The notes: generated from the sequence alone by a model not told the origin. A stretch of DNA of 63,620 bases from a bacterium (GCA_046337925.1 JBKCZS010000101.1:1-63620); one strand, 5' to 3'. Counted from the first letter of the stretch, positions 45,205 through 54,428 are shown. Numbers and translations: made by a program.

Positions 45205-45813
45205 TCAGCCGCCCCCTTCCCCGTCGAGGTCGAATCCACCGACCCCGAGTTCCTCGAGCAGCGCCCGCAGCTTCCGCAGCGCGCGGTGATGCCTGGCGAG
45301 CAGCGTGCCGATCGGCTCCTCAAAATAGTCCGATAATGCGCGGAAACTCATCCCGCCCGTATGCCTGAGCTCGATGATCTCGCGGTCCCCTTCGGCGAGC
45401 CGGTCCATCGCGAGGCGCAGCTTCTGGTGGATCTCGAGTTCGGCCGCCGTCGTCTGGTGCCGCGAGCGCGCGGGGAGTTCCCGCATCGACCCGTCGTCCG
45501 TCGGACGCGCTTGGCGCGCCCGCCGCCGCATCTCGTCGCGCAGCCGGTTCATGGCGATGCGGAAGAGCCACGACTCGAACCGTCCCGACTCCACATACTC
45601 GCCGAGCTTCACCGCGACCGTGCAGAACGCCGACTGCGTGATCTCCTCGGCGAGTTCGTCGTTGCGGCACTGCGCCACGAGCAGGCCGTGCACCCGGGGC
45701 GCGTAGGCCTGCACGACGGCGCGCCAGGCGTCGGAGTCGCCACGCGCCGCTTTGGCAAGCAGCGCCTCCGTGGCGCGGTCGCGCGCGGAGTCGTGGGAAC
45801 CGGGCTCGGACAT
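45205..45813 (-). CDS. ECF-type RNA polymerase sigma-70 family factor
   Basis: Region 2 (ELAEEITQSAFCTVAVKL...SWLFRIAMNRLRDEMRR) and region 4 (REIIELRHTGGMSFRALSDYFEEPIGTLLARHHRALRKLR). Confidence 0.88.
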   Translation of the reverse strand: MSEPGSHDSARDRATEALLAKAARGDSDAWRAVVQAYAPRVHGLLVAQCRNDELAEEITQSAFCTVAVKLGEYVESGRFESWLFRIAMNRLRDEMRRRARQARPTDDGSMRELPARSRHQTTAAELEIHQKLRLAMDRLAEGDREIIELRHTGGMSFRALSDYFEEPIGTLLARHHRALRKLRALLEELGVGGFDLDGEGGG

Positions 45814-45871
45814 GAGGCGGAAGCGTAACGCCAACGAGGGCGCGGCATTGCAGCGCGGCTCGCCGCAGAGG

Positions 45872-47506
45872 TCAGACCGGGAAGTCGTCGACCGGCTCGG
45901 CCGCCGCGCGCGGGCGCGTCGGCGCGATCACCCGACGCGCACCGCCGCCCATCGCGTCCTCCGGCGGAGCGCCGTACGCCTGGTTCTTGAAGCGGGTGGT
46001 GTTCCCGTCCCAGACGAGGTGCACGGTGCCGGTCGGGCCGTTGCGCTGCTTGGCGAGGATAAGTTCCGCGGTGCCGACCTTGTCGGGGTTCTCGTCGGCC
46101 CAGTTCGGGTCGGCGCGGTGGTAGTACTCCTCGCGGTGGAGCATCATCACCACGTCGGCGTCCTGTTCGATCGAGCCTGATTCACGCAGGTCGCTCATGC
46201 GCGGACGGTGTCCTTCGCGCTGCTCCGCGGCGCGGTTCAGCTGCGAGAGGCAGAGGACGGGCACATCGAGTTCGCGCGCCATCGCCTTGATGCCGCGCGA
46301 GATCTCGCTGACCTCGAGCTGGCGGCTCTCGACGCGCGTGCCCGAGCTCATGAGCTGCAGGTAGTCGATCGCGATGAAGCCGATGCCGTGGCGCTCCTTG
46401 AGCCGCCGCGCCTTCGACCGCATCGCAAGGAGCGACAGGCCTGGCGTGTCGTCGATGAAGATCGGCAGCTTCGAGATCTCGCCGCACGCGGCGAGCAGCC
46501 GCGTGTAGTCGTCGCTTCCCAGCATGTGCTTGCGCATCTTCTGGCTGTCGATGCGGCCGAGCGCGCACAGCATGCGCTGGATCAGCTGCTGCTTGCCCAT
46601 CTCGAGGCTGAACATCACGCTCGGCACGCCGTGCTGCGCGACCTGCTCGAGCAGGTTCAGCGCAAGCGCGGTCTTGCCCATCGACGGACGCGCCGCGAGG
46701 ATGAGCATCTCCCCGCGCTGGAAGCCGTTGGCCATCTCGTCGAGCTCGTGGAAGCCGGTCCGGACTCCCATGAAGCCGCGGCCCTCGCTCTCCTCGATCA
46801 TCCGCATCGTCTCGTTGACGAGCTCGTTCGCGGTCGAGAAGGTGCCGCCCTCGCGCTTCTGCGCGATGCGGAAGATCTTCTGCTCGGCGCTCTCGAGCAC
46901 ATTCTGGGCGGGCACGCGCGCGGCGTGCGCCTCCTCGAGGATCTCGCCGGCGGCGCCGATCAGTTCGCGGATGGTCGCCTTCTCGCGGACCACGCGCGCC
47001 CAGTGCACGGCGTTCGCCGCGCTCGGCACGCCTTCCGCCAGCTGCACGATGTAGTCGAGCCCACCGACCGCATCGACGAGCGAGCGATCGACGAGCAGCT
47101 GGTTGAGGAGCACGATGTCGACGGTCGCGTGGCGGTCGTAGAGCTCGACGATCGCGTCGTAGATGCGGCCGTGGCGTGGCGACGAGAAGTCGTCGCCGCT
47201 GCGCACGATCGTCACCACATCGCCGATCACCTTCGGATCCCAGATGATCGCGCCGAGAAGGCCCATCTCGGCCTCGATCGCGACGGGCGGCTCGGCGCCG
47301 AACAGCGCGGCGATGTCGCGGCGCTGCGATTCGTTGGGGCCCGCTGCGCGATCGCGTCGGAAGCCGCGCCTGCGCGGGCCGCCTTCATCGCCACCGGACC
47401 CACCGAATCCCGCACCGCCCGACCTGCCGGCCGACGGAGAGGGCTGCCTCGAGTCGTCGTGCACGGCGGGGAGCGTAGCCCCTCCGCAGGAGCCGTGGAG
47501 AGACAC
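45872..47506 (-). CDS. dnaB: Replicative DNA helicase
   Basis: PPVAIEAEMGLLGAII, Walker A ARPSMGKTALALN, DYLQLM, LSQLNR and RESGSIEQDADVV. The GTG start at 47506 is uncertain. The N-terminus is Gly/Arg-rich. Confidence 0.92.
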   Translation of the reverse strand: MSLHGSCGGATLPAVHDDSRQPSPSAGRSGGAGFGGSGGDEGGPRRRGFRRDRAAGPNESQRRDIAALFGAEPPVAIEAEMGLLGAIIWDPKVIGDVVTIVRSGDDFSSPRHGRIYDAIVELYDRHATVDIVLLNQLLVDRSLVDAVGGLDYIVQLAEGVPSAANAVHWARVVREKATIRELIGAAGEILEEAHAARVPAQNVLESAEQKIFRIAQKREGGTFSTANELVNETMRMIEESEGRGFMGVRTGFHELDEMANGFQRGEMLILAARPSMGKTALALNLLEQVAQHGVPSVMFSLEMGKQQLIQRMLCALGRIDSQKMRKHMLGSDDYTRLLAACGEISKLPIFIDDTPGLSLLAMRSKARRLKERHGIGFIAIDYLQLMSSGTRVESRQLEVSEISRGIKAMARELDVPVLCLSQLNRAAEQREGHRPRMSDLRESGSIEQDADVVMMLHREEYYHRADPNWADENPDKVGTAELILAKQRNGPTGTVHLVWDGNTTRFKNQAYGAPPEDAMGGGARRVIAPTRPRAAAEPVDDFPV

Positions 47507-47567
47507 GACATCCGCCGCACGATGCGGTCAGTTTTTCCACCGGAAGCCCGCGTTGCCGTGTCTCCGC

Positions 47568-47891
47568 TCAGTCGTCGGCCATGGCGCCCGCGCGCATTTC
47601 GACGCCGTTGCCGTCGAGCGACTGCTGCATCAGGCGGCCGACCTTGAAGCGCACGCTCTTGCGCGGCGGAACCGACACGCGCTCGAGCGTCTTCGGATTC
47701 TGCGCGACGCGACCCGCGCGCTCGCGCGTCTCGAACACGCCGAAGTCTCGGAACTCGAGGCGGTTGCCCTTCGCGAGCTCATCGATCACATGCTCGAGGA
47801 AACTCTGCACCGCACGGCGCACATCCGCCCGCGGCAGCCCGGTCTCCTGTGCAACGCGCTCGATCAGGTCCTTCTTCGTGGTGGTCGCCAT
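47568..47891 (-). CDS. HU/IHF-family DNA-binding protein
   Basis: MATTTKKDLIERVAQETGLPRADVRRAVQSFLEHVIDELAKGNRLEFRDFGVFETRERAGRVAQNPKT. Confidence 0.88.
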   Translation of the reverse strand: MATTTKKDLIERVAQETGLPRADVRRAVQSFLEHVIDELAKGNRLEFRDFGVFETRERAGRVAQNPKTLERVSVPPRKSVRFKVGRLMQQSLDGNGVEMRAGAMADD

Positions 47892-48164
47892 CTCTTCTAT
47901 CCTCACACGGTCCAAGACCGGAATGAAGTGCTTGGTGAGAACGAACCACCGAGTATGCGACCTCGGGCCCACCGAAGTCAAGAGTCTGCATGAGTTTGCG
48001 TCCCGAAGCCGCGGATGCATGCTCTCGGACTCTCCGCAGTTCATCCATCTCACCCAGTCGGAACAATCCGCACAGGTCCTCCTTGCGCCTTGCAGGCGTC
48101 ATGGCAGGCTTCCTCCGGGTGGTGGACGGGCCTTCGCCCTGGAGAAAGATCTGTGGACAAGCTG

Positions 48165-48470
48165 ATGATTGCAGCCCGAGTTCTCGGGCTTCTCTCCTGT
48201 GGTTGCCTCTTCGCCTGCGCGAGTCCATCGCGCATGGAGTTCGTTGACCGCGCGCCGGTGCGTCCCATGCTCGTGCTTGGCGCAGGCGGCGCGGACTCCT
48301 CCATGTACTCGTTCCGCTCCGACGAGCGGCTCGGCGCGATGACCGAGGCCTATCGACGCGTCTCCGAGGACGCGACGATCTATGTCTACGACCGTCAGCA
48401 GACGATCAACGGACGCTTCAACAACCTCTACTGGTCGGTCACGAGGACGAACGAGCGGCTGGAGCGGTAG
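48165..48470 (+). CDS. Small hypothetical lipoprotein
   Basis: MIAARVLGLLSCGCLFAC lipobox-like signal. Third-position GC is high throughout. It overlaps the 3' end of lpxK convergently by ~32 nt. No clear SD. Confidence 0.5.
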   Translation: MIAARVLGLLSCGCLFACASPSRMEFVDRAPVRPMLVLGAGGADSSMYSFRSDERLGAMTEAYRRVSEDATIYVYDRQQTINGRFNNLYWSVTRTNERLER

Positions 48471-49503
48471 GAGCCCGAGCGGACGCCGCGAGCGCCGCGC
48501 GCACGCGCTCCTCGCCCTCGAGGAACGAGATCGCGAGCTCCGGAACCGCGACCGCGCATGCAAGACCGCGCCCGAGCTTCACGAAGTCCTTGCGCGAAGT
48601 CACGATGCACTCGACGCCCGCACGCGCCGCGGCCGACTCGAGCTCCGCGGCCGGCATCGCAGCGTGATCCGCGCGCGTGAACTCGACCGGCGCCACGCCC
48701 GTCGCGCGCGCGACCATGTCGTGAAAGTGCCTCGGATTGCCAAGCGCGCATGCGCTCAGCACGCGCTTTCCCGCAAGCCACCCGACAGGCTCGGTACGCG
48801 CGCCCTCGCGCGCATGGACCGCGAGCCCGCGCCACGCATGCTCGCACGCCGCGTCGTGCGGCTTCCCGCGCACGCGCGCAACCAGCGCCGCGGCGTGGGC
48901 GCGCTGCGTCTCGTCGTGCGCCTTCGTCAGCACCACGAGATCGGCGCGCGCGATGTTGCGCGCCGGCTCGCGCAGCCAGCCGTTCGGAAGAAGGTCGCCG
49001 TCGAGCGCGGGCCTCGTCGCGTCGACGAGCACGATGTCGAGGTCGCGCGCGAGCTGACGATGCTGGAACCCGTCGTCGAGCACGACGACGCACCGCGCGA
49101 GTTCCGCCGGTGCGATCCGCGACAGCTCCGCCTGCAGCGCGCGCGTTCGGTCCGGATCCACCACGCGCCGCGCTCCCGGCGCCGTCGTCGCGTACTCGAG
49201 CGCCTCGTCGGAGTCGCCGGGGTGGTACGCGCCGTAGCCGCGCATCGCGATCACGGGCTCGACACCGTCGCGCGCGAGCTCGGCGCACACCCACGCGACG
49301 AACGGGCTCTTGCCCGTCCCTCCCGCCGTCAGGTTGCCGACCGAGATCACCGGGACACGCGCACCCGCGACCTCGAGCCGACGCACGCCCCCGCCGCGGT
49401 CGAAGCGCGCGTTGCGCCACGACACGCCCGCGCCGTAGCCGCGGGCGAGCAGCCAGGTCGCCGGTGCAAGCCAGCGCGGCAGCGGTCCGCCCGCATCAGC
49501 CAT
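48439..49503 (-). CDS. lpxK: Tetraacyldisaccharide 4'-kinase
   Basis: VPVISVGNLTAGGTGKSP and VVLDDGFQH. The ATG at 49503 overlaps the upstream gene by 8 nt. Confidence 0.88.
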   Translation of the reverse strand: MADAGGPLPRWLAPATWLLARGYGAGVSWRNARFDRGGGVRRLEVAGARVPVISVGNLTAGGTGKSPFVAWVCAELARDGVEPVIAMRGYGAYHPGDSDEALEYATTAPGARRVVDPDRTRALQAELSRIAPAELARCVVVLDDGFQHRQLARDLDIVLVDATRPALDGDLLPNGWLREPARNIARADLVVLTKAHDETQRAHAAALVARVRGKPHDAACEHAWRGLAVHAREGARTEPVGWLAGKRVLSACALGNPRHFHDMVARATGVAPVEFTRADHAAMPAAELESAAARAGVECIVTSRKDFVKLGRGLACAVAVPELAISFLEGEERVRAALAASARAPTAPAARSSS

Positions 49504-49948
49504 TGCCCGAGCCTCCCGCCGCCTGCCCGTCCTCCGTGCCGCGCTTGCCGCCGAAGGTGTCGCGCCGCAGCGCGCGGTACTCGCGCATGCCGCCACGCGT
49601 CACGAGGATGACATCGATGACCGCGAGCACGAGGCACGCCACGATCACGAAGAGCACCGTCGACCACGACACCGCGAACGCGAGCCGGTCTTCATGCGGA
49701 TGGGCGAAGGTGAGGGCGCGGACGAGCGGCGCGAGGCCCGCGATCGCGAGCACCACGGAGATCCGCCGCAGCCAGCGGCGCCCGCGCGGCACATCGGGCC
49801 GGCCGAGCCGCACGAAGTACCACACGAGCATGCCGGCGATCACGAGCGCGGCCGGGATCGAGATCCACCACGGCACCATGAACCACGGCCCGAGGTCGCG
49901 TCCGGCCAGCGCGGGGTCGATCGCCGCAGGCTCGTCGGCAACCATCAC
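49496..49948 (-). CDS. Hypothetical integral membrane protein (3-4 TM helices)
   Basis: Hydrophobic helices WWISIPAALVIAGMLVWYF, ISVVLAIAGLAPLV and VLFVIVACLVLAVIDVILV. It is coupled to the maf stop and the lpxK start. Confidence 0.65.
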   Translation of the reverse strand: MMVADEPAAIDPALAGRDLGPWFMVPWWISIPAALVIAGMLVWYFVRLGRPDVPRGRRWLRRISVVLAIAGLAPLVRALTFAHPHEDRLAFAVSWSTVLFVIVACLVLAVIDVILVTRGGMREYRALRRDTFGGKRGTEDGQAAGGSGNG

Positions 49949-50595
49949 GCGGCGCCTCCGAGCGACTCATGCAGGATGGCCGCGATCTGCCCCACCGGCA
50001 GCCCGACGACCGCGTCCGCGTCGCCGTCGCATCGCACCGGCCAGCCGCGCGCGATGACCTCGGTCAGGTTGTATCCGCCCGCCTTGCCGCGCCATCGCCC
50101 CTCGGAGATGAAGCGGTCGAAGTCGTCGCGCTCGAGCTCGCCCATGTGCACATCGGCGCGCGCAAGCCCGAGCCGCACGCGCCCTTCGGGCGACAGCAGG
50201 CACCAGCCCGTCAGCACGCCGTGACGACGCGCGGCGAGCGACGCGATCATCGCGCGCGCGTCGCGCTCGTCGACCGGCTTGCCGAGGATGTCCCCATCGC
50301 GCTCGCAGACCGTGTCGGCCGCGAGGATCCACGCGGGCGCCGCGCTCCGGTGCCGCCGCTGCGAGGCGACGCGGCGCGCCTTGAAGTAGGCAAGCGAAGT
50401 CGCCGTGGCGGCCGCGCCCACATCGCCGAGGACGAGCGAGCTGTCGTCGATATCGGCCGCTTCGACCTCGGGAGCGAAGCCCGCCGCACGCAGCAGCTCG
50501 AGCCGCCGCGGCGAGCCGCTCGCGAGCACCAGCACGGGCTTGCCGGCGGCGCCTGCGTCCGCGCCCGATCGGTGATGTGGCCGGACCTCCGTCAT
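49945..50595 (-). CDS. maf: Maf-family nucleoside triphosphate pyrophosphatase
   Basis: VLASGSPRRLELL, ADTVC...GKP and KAGGY motifs. ATG at 50595. Confidence 0.85.
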   Translation of the reverse strand: MTEVRPHHRSGADAGAAGKPVLVLASGSPRRLELLRAAGFAPEVEAADIDDSSLVLGDVGAAATATSLAYFKARRVASQRRHRSAAPAWILAADTVCERDGDILGKPVDERDARAMIASLAARRHGVLTGWCLLSPEGRVRLGLARADVHMGELERDDFDRFISEGRWRGKAGGYNLTEVIARGWPVRCDGDADAVVGLPVGQIAAILHESLGGAA

Positions 50596-50810
50596 GAGGT
50601 GGAAGGATACGGCCTGCAACGAAGATATTGGTCGGAACCGCATGAACTGCGCGCCGTATGAAGGTTTGACGCGCACGCGGATTGACAACTCCCTGCCGTT
50701 GGGTGAACCTGCGTGGCTCTCGACCCGATATCTCGAGGGGGCTTTTGCACGCAGTCTCGCGATGGGCCCCGCAAGCGTCTCGGTTTCGGAAGGGCGCACA
50801 GACCGTGCGC

Positions 50811-50874
50811 CAGCGATGACAGCGTGACGACAGCGTGACGGCAGCGTGATGACACCGTGACAACACCGTCAGGA
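50811..50874. repeat. 11-bp phased tandem repeat (about six units, consensus CAsCGTGAyrr) in the kinase upstream region
   Basis: cagcgatga / cagcgtgacga / cagcgtgacgg / cagcgtgatga / caccgtgacaa / caccgtcagga. The array ends 9 nt before the ATG at 50884. Confidence 0.85.
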
Positions 50875-50883
50875 CAACGATCG

Positions 50884-52275
50884 ATGCCAGTGCCAGGGAA
50901 GCCACCCAAGACCAACTCGGATCAACCGCAGCCGCTCCGGCTGGCGGACGACGCCGACGCGTCGGGTTCGGTTCCCGCGCCCGCACCGAACGCAAGCGAG
51001 GCCTCGCGCGGCGCGCCCGCCGGCGACACCCCGAACGAGACCTCCCGCAGCGGCTCGAGCCTCGACACGATGCTCGGCAAGATCGTCGTCGAGCGCGGCC
51101 TGATGTCGCCCGACGAGCTCGAGCAGTGCAGCTCGCAGCTGCGCGCCAAGCGCGACGGCGTCTCCCTGACCCTCGCCGATGTCCTCGTCGAGCGCGAGTT
51201 CATCACCCGCAAGCAGCTCGACCGCTTCCGCTTCGACATCGAGGCGGTCAAGACCAGCCAGCAGATCCCGGGCTACCGCATCATCCGCAAGCTCGGCGCA
51301 GGCGCCATGGCGACGGTCTTCCTCGCCAAGCAGCTCTCGCTCGACCGCCTGGTCGCGATCAAGGTGCTGCCGAAGAAGTTCTCGACGAACCCGAACTTCA
51401 TCGAGCGCTTCTACAAGGAAGGCCGCGCCGCCGCGAAGCTGAACCACAACAACATCGTCGCCGCGGTCGATGTCGGCCAGGCGGGCGAGCACCACTACTT
51501 CGTCATGGAGTATGTGGACGGCGACACGGTGTACGACCGCATCGTCGCGCGCAAGCGCGTGCCCGAGCGCGAGGCGCTCGAGATCATCCGCCAGGTCGCC
51601 GCGGCGCTGCAGCACGCGCACGAGATGGGCTTCGTCCACCGCGACATCAAGCCGAAGAACATCATGATGACGACCTCGGGCGTCGCGAAGCTGGCCGACC
51701 TCGGCCTTGCCCGCGGCATCTCCGACAAGGAAGCGGCGGAAGCCGAGTCGGGCCGCGCCTTCGGCACGCCCTACTACATCGCTCCCGAGCAGATCCGCGG
51801 TTTGGTCGACATCGGCCCGCCGGCCGACATCTACGGACTCGGCGCGACCTTCTACCACATGGTCACCGGCAAGGTCCCCTACGAAGGCACGACGCCCTCG
51901 CAGGTGATGCACAAGCACCTCAAGGCGCCGCTGGTGCCGCCCGACCACCTCAACCCGCAGATCTCCGCGGGCACCGCGCTCATCATCGAGACGATGCTGA
52001 AGAAGGACGCGCGCGAGCGCTACCAGAACGCGAAGCAGCTGCTGCGCGACCTCGACCTCGTGATGGGCGGCCAGGAGCCCGAGTACGCGAAGCCGCATGT
52101 CGATCTCTCGACGATCGCGACGGCCGTGAACGGCGCGTCCGCAGAGCCGACCGCCGTGGTCCGCAAGGACAGCAGCGGCATGATGTCGAATCCGCTGATG
52201 GTCGCGCTCGCCGCGATCGCCACCATCAGCGTGATCGCGAACATCGTGCTCGGCATCATGCTGGTCGCAGGCTGA
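50884..52275 (+). CDS. Ser/Thr protein kinase with an N-terminal T2SSE_N/MshEN-like domain and a C-terminal TM anchor
   Basis: Kinase motifs are GAGAMATVFLAK, AIKVL, HRDIKPKN, DLG and GTPYYIAPE. The N-terminal region is MLGKIVVERGLMSPDELEQ...LADVLVEREFITRKQLDRF. The TM tail is LMVALAAIATISVIANIVLGIMLVAG. An alternative GTG lies at 50857. Confidence 0.9.
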   Translation: MPVPGKPPKTNSDQPQPLRLADDADASGSVPAPAPNASEASRGAPAGDTPNETSRSGSSLDTMLGKIVVERGLMSPDELEQCSSQLRAKRDGVSLTLADVLVEREFITRKQLDRFRFDIEAVKTSQQIPGYRIIRKLGAGAMATVFLAKQLSLDRLVAIKVLPKKFSTNPNFIERFYKEGRAAAKLNHNNIVAAVDVGQAGEHHYFVMEYVDGDTVYDRIVARKRVPEREALEIIRQVAAALQHAHEMGFVHRDIKPKNIMMTTSGVAKLADLGLARGISDKEAAEAESGRAFGTPYYIAPEQIRGLVDIGPPADIYGLGATFYHMVTGKVPYEGTTPSQVMHKHLKAPLVPPDHLNPQISAGTALIIETMLKKDARERYQNAKQLLRDLDLVMGGQEPEYAKPHVDLSTIATAVNGASAEPTAVVRKDSSGMMSNPLMVALAAIATISVIANIVLGIMLVAG

Positions 52276-52305
52276 CGATCCGCCCGTCAGACCCCGAACG
52301 GCCCG

Positions 52306-52779
52306 TCACACCTCGACAAGAACCTCGACAAGAACCTCGACCTCGACCGTCGCGTCGAGCGGCAACGCGTTCGTGCCGACCGCGGCGCGCGCGTGCCGTC
52401 CGGCCTCGCCGAAGACTTCCTGCATGAACTCGCTCGCGCCGTTGGCGACCTTCGGCTGCCCGTCGAAGCGGTCGTCCGACTGGACGAACACGCCGAGGCG
52501 CACGACGCGCTTCACCTTCGAGAGGTCGCCGCCGAGCTGGTCGGCGATCACCGCGAGCGCGTTGAGCGCGCACTGCTTGGCGGCCTTCTGCGCGTCCTCG
52601 ACCGACACCTTCGAAGGCACCGGCCCGGTCGCAAGAAGCGCGCCGTTCGACATCGGCAGCTGGCCCGACACGAAGATCAGGTTGCCCGAGCGGACCGCCG
52701 GCACATAGGCGGCGACCGGCTTCGGTGCTGCGGGAAGGGTGAGGCCAAGACGGGCAAGCGCTTCGTGCGGGTTCGACAT
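52306..52779 (-). CDS. RidA/YjgF/L-PSP family protein
   Basis: PVAAYVPAVRSGNLIFVSGQLP and RAAVGTNALPLDATVEVE. ATG at 52779. Confidence 0.85.
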   Translation of the reverse strand: MSNPHEALARLGLTLPAAPKPVAAYVPAVRSGNLIFVSGQLPMSNGALLATGPVPSKVSVEDAQKAAKQCALNALAVIADQLGGDLSKVKRVVRLGVFVQSDDRFDGQPKVANGASEFMQEVFGEAGRHARAAVGTNALPLDATVEVEVLVEVLVEV

Positions 52780-53371
52780 GGTTGGATCTCGTGAGCGGCG
52801 GAGGTCCTCGGGCTCGAGGGGGACGCACTGTACCGACCGTCGGAACGCCGATCGCGAATCGCAGCATTGGCGTGCGCAATCCTGCATCCGCATTCGATTC
52901 ACCGCGTATAGGCCGCCGACCCTGGCCGTCGCGGATGTGCATTGGCTGAGCGGCGCACGCGCCGAACTCGACCGAACCCCGTCCTTCATTCGCGTCATGG
53001 ACGCCGCCCACGCGGCGTCAGACCGCGACCGCCGACAACCCGGACCGTGCATCGACGCATCAGGCGTCGGGGACTTTCCCATGCATGCATCGCGGTGTTG
53101 TCGCGCCCACGCTCCGGCGCCGACCGCTCTCCCATCCATGCCCCCGACCTCTCGCGCCGACGCACCACGGCTCTGAGGAGCCTTCGCGCGGCCGCTTCGT
53201 CCGCCGCGACGGTCTCCATGGTCGGCAGCCGGCTCCGCCCTGCGTCTCGGCGCACCGCGCGCGAGCCGTCCCACGCCCACAACCAGCCTTCATTCGGCGC
53301 TCGTCTTTCAGCGCCGGTTCATCCCGTTCCCACGGCGAACCCGTGGGAACACAACCCTTCAGGAGGTCCAT

Positions 53372-54382
53372 ATGGACTGCAAGTTCGTGCACCGCGTTTC
53401 CCGCCCGCACCCGAACCCGAGCGCAAGCGTTCCACCTCGGCCCGCATGGCGGCGCGGCTTCACGCTCGTCGAGCTCCTCGTCGTCGTCGCGATCATCGCG
53501 CTCCTCATCAGCCTCCTGCTGCCCGCGCTCGGACGCGCGCAGCGGGCCGCCAAGACCCTGAACGACGCCGCCAACATCTCGCAGATCCACAAGGGCTTCC
53601 TGAGCTACGCGAACGCGGACTCGAAGGGACGCCTGCCGACCCCCGGCCTCATCAGCCGGCTCGCGGTTCCGGGCGCCGGCCCGGGCGGCGGCTCGGCGTT
53701 CGTACCCGGGCAGGGCGAGGAGGACATCACGAAGAACAACTCGTCGGGGGTCTACAGCTCGATGATCGCGGCGAGCTTCGTCACGCCCGAGGTGCTGCTC
53801 TCACCGGTCGAGGAGAACCCGGTCGTCCGCGTGATGGCCAACTACAACTTCCAGGCCTACAACCCGGCGGCCACGACCCCGACCTTCTGGGATCCGGCGT
53901 TCCTCACCAACATCCAGCAGGTGGCGGGCAGCGGCCCGAGCGCCGTCTGCAACACGAGCTACGCGCACCTCGCGCTGATCGGCGACCGCAAGAAGCTCTA
54001 CTGGACCAACAAGGCCGGCAGCACCCGCCCGGTCCTCGGCAACCGCGGCACCCACCTCGGCGCGTTCAGCGGCGACAACTACCGCCTCAGCTACACGCTG
54101 CTCTTCCACGACCCGAGGGACACCTGGGAAGGCAACATCTGCTACGGCGACAACCATGTGAACCTCGAGAAGAGCATGATCCCCGACACCGTGCAGTTCG
54201 AGTGCGCCTCGATCAACCTCAAGAAGGACAACATCTACACCTTCAGCGACTTCGCCTCGGGCGGCTGCAAGGGGATGCTCGAGGGCGACACCTGGCTGTG
54301 CATCGGGATCGGGATGCCGGCGCCCAACTTCTACACCTGCGCACCCGAGCGGCTGACCAACGGCATGCTCCCGGGTACCTGA
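53372..54382 (+). CDS. Prepilin-type N-terminal cleavage/methylation domain protein (DUF1559-like), paralogue 1, with a 28-aa leader
   Basis: SD AGGAGG lies 5 nt upstream of the ATG. G|FTLVELLVVVAIIALLISLLLPALGRAQ. Confidence 0.85.
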   Translation: MDCKFVHRVSRPHPNPSASVPPRPAWRRGFTLVELLVVVAIIALLISLLLPALGRAQRAAKTLNDAANISQIHKGFLSYANADSKGRLPTPGLISRLAVPGAGPGGGSAFVPGQGEEDITKNNSSGVYSSMIAASFVTPEVLLSPVEENPVVRVMANYNFQAYNPAATTPTFWDPAFLTNIQQVAGSGPSAVCNTSYAHLALIGDRKKLYWTNKAGSTRPVLGNRGTHLGAFSGDNYRLSYTLLFHDPRDTWEGNICYGDNHVNLEKSMIPDTVQFECASINLKKDNIYTFSDFASGGCKGMLEGDTWLCIGIGMPAPNFYTCAPERLTNGMLPGT

Positions 54383-54428
54383 CCGCCGGGACACCCTGAC
54401 AGCAGCGGAGAGCTCTCCCCCACCCGCC

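Noticed and set aside
45814-45871. An autoregulatory ECF promoter upstream of the sigma factor gene.
   Set aside because: I found no convincing GGAAC-N16-17-CGT-type pair in the 58-bp spacer after dnaB. I cannot call it from sequence alone.
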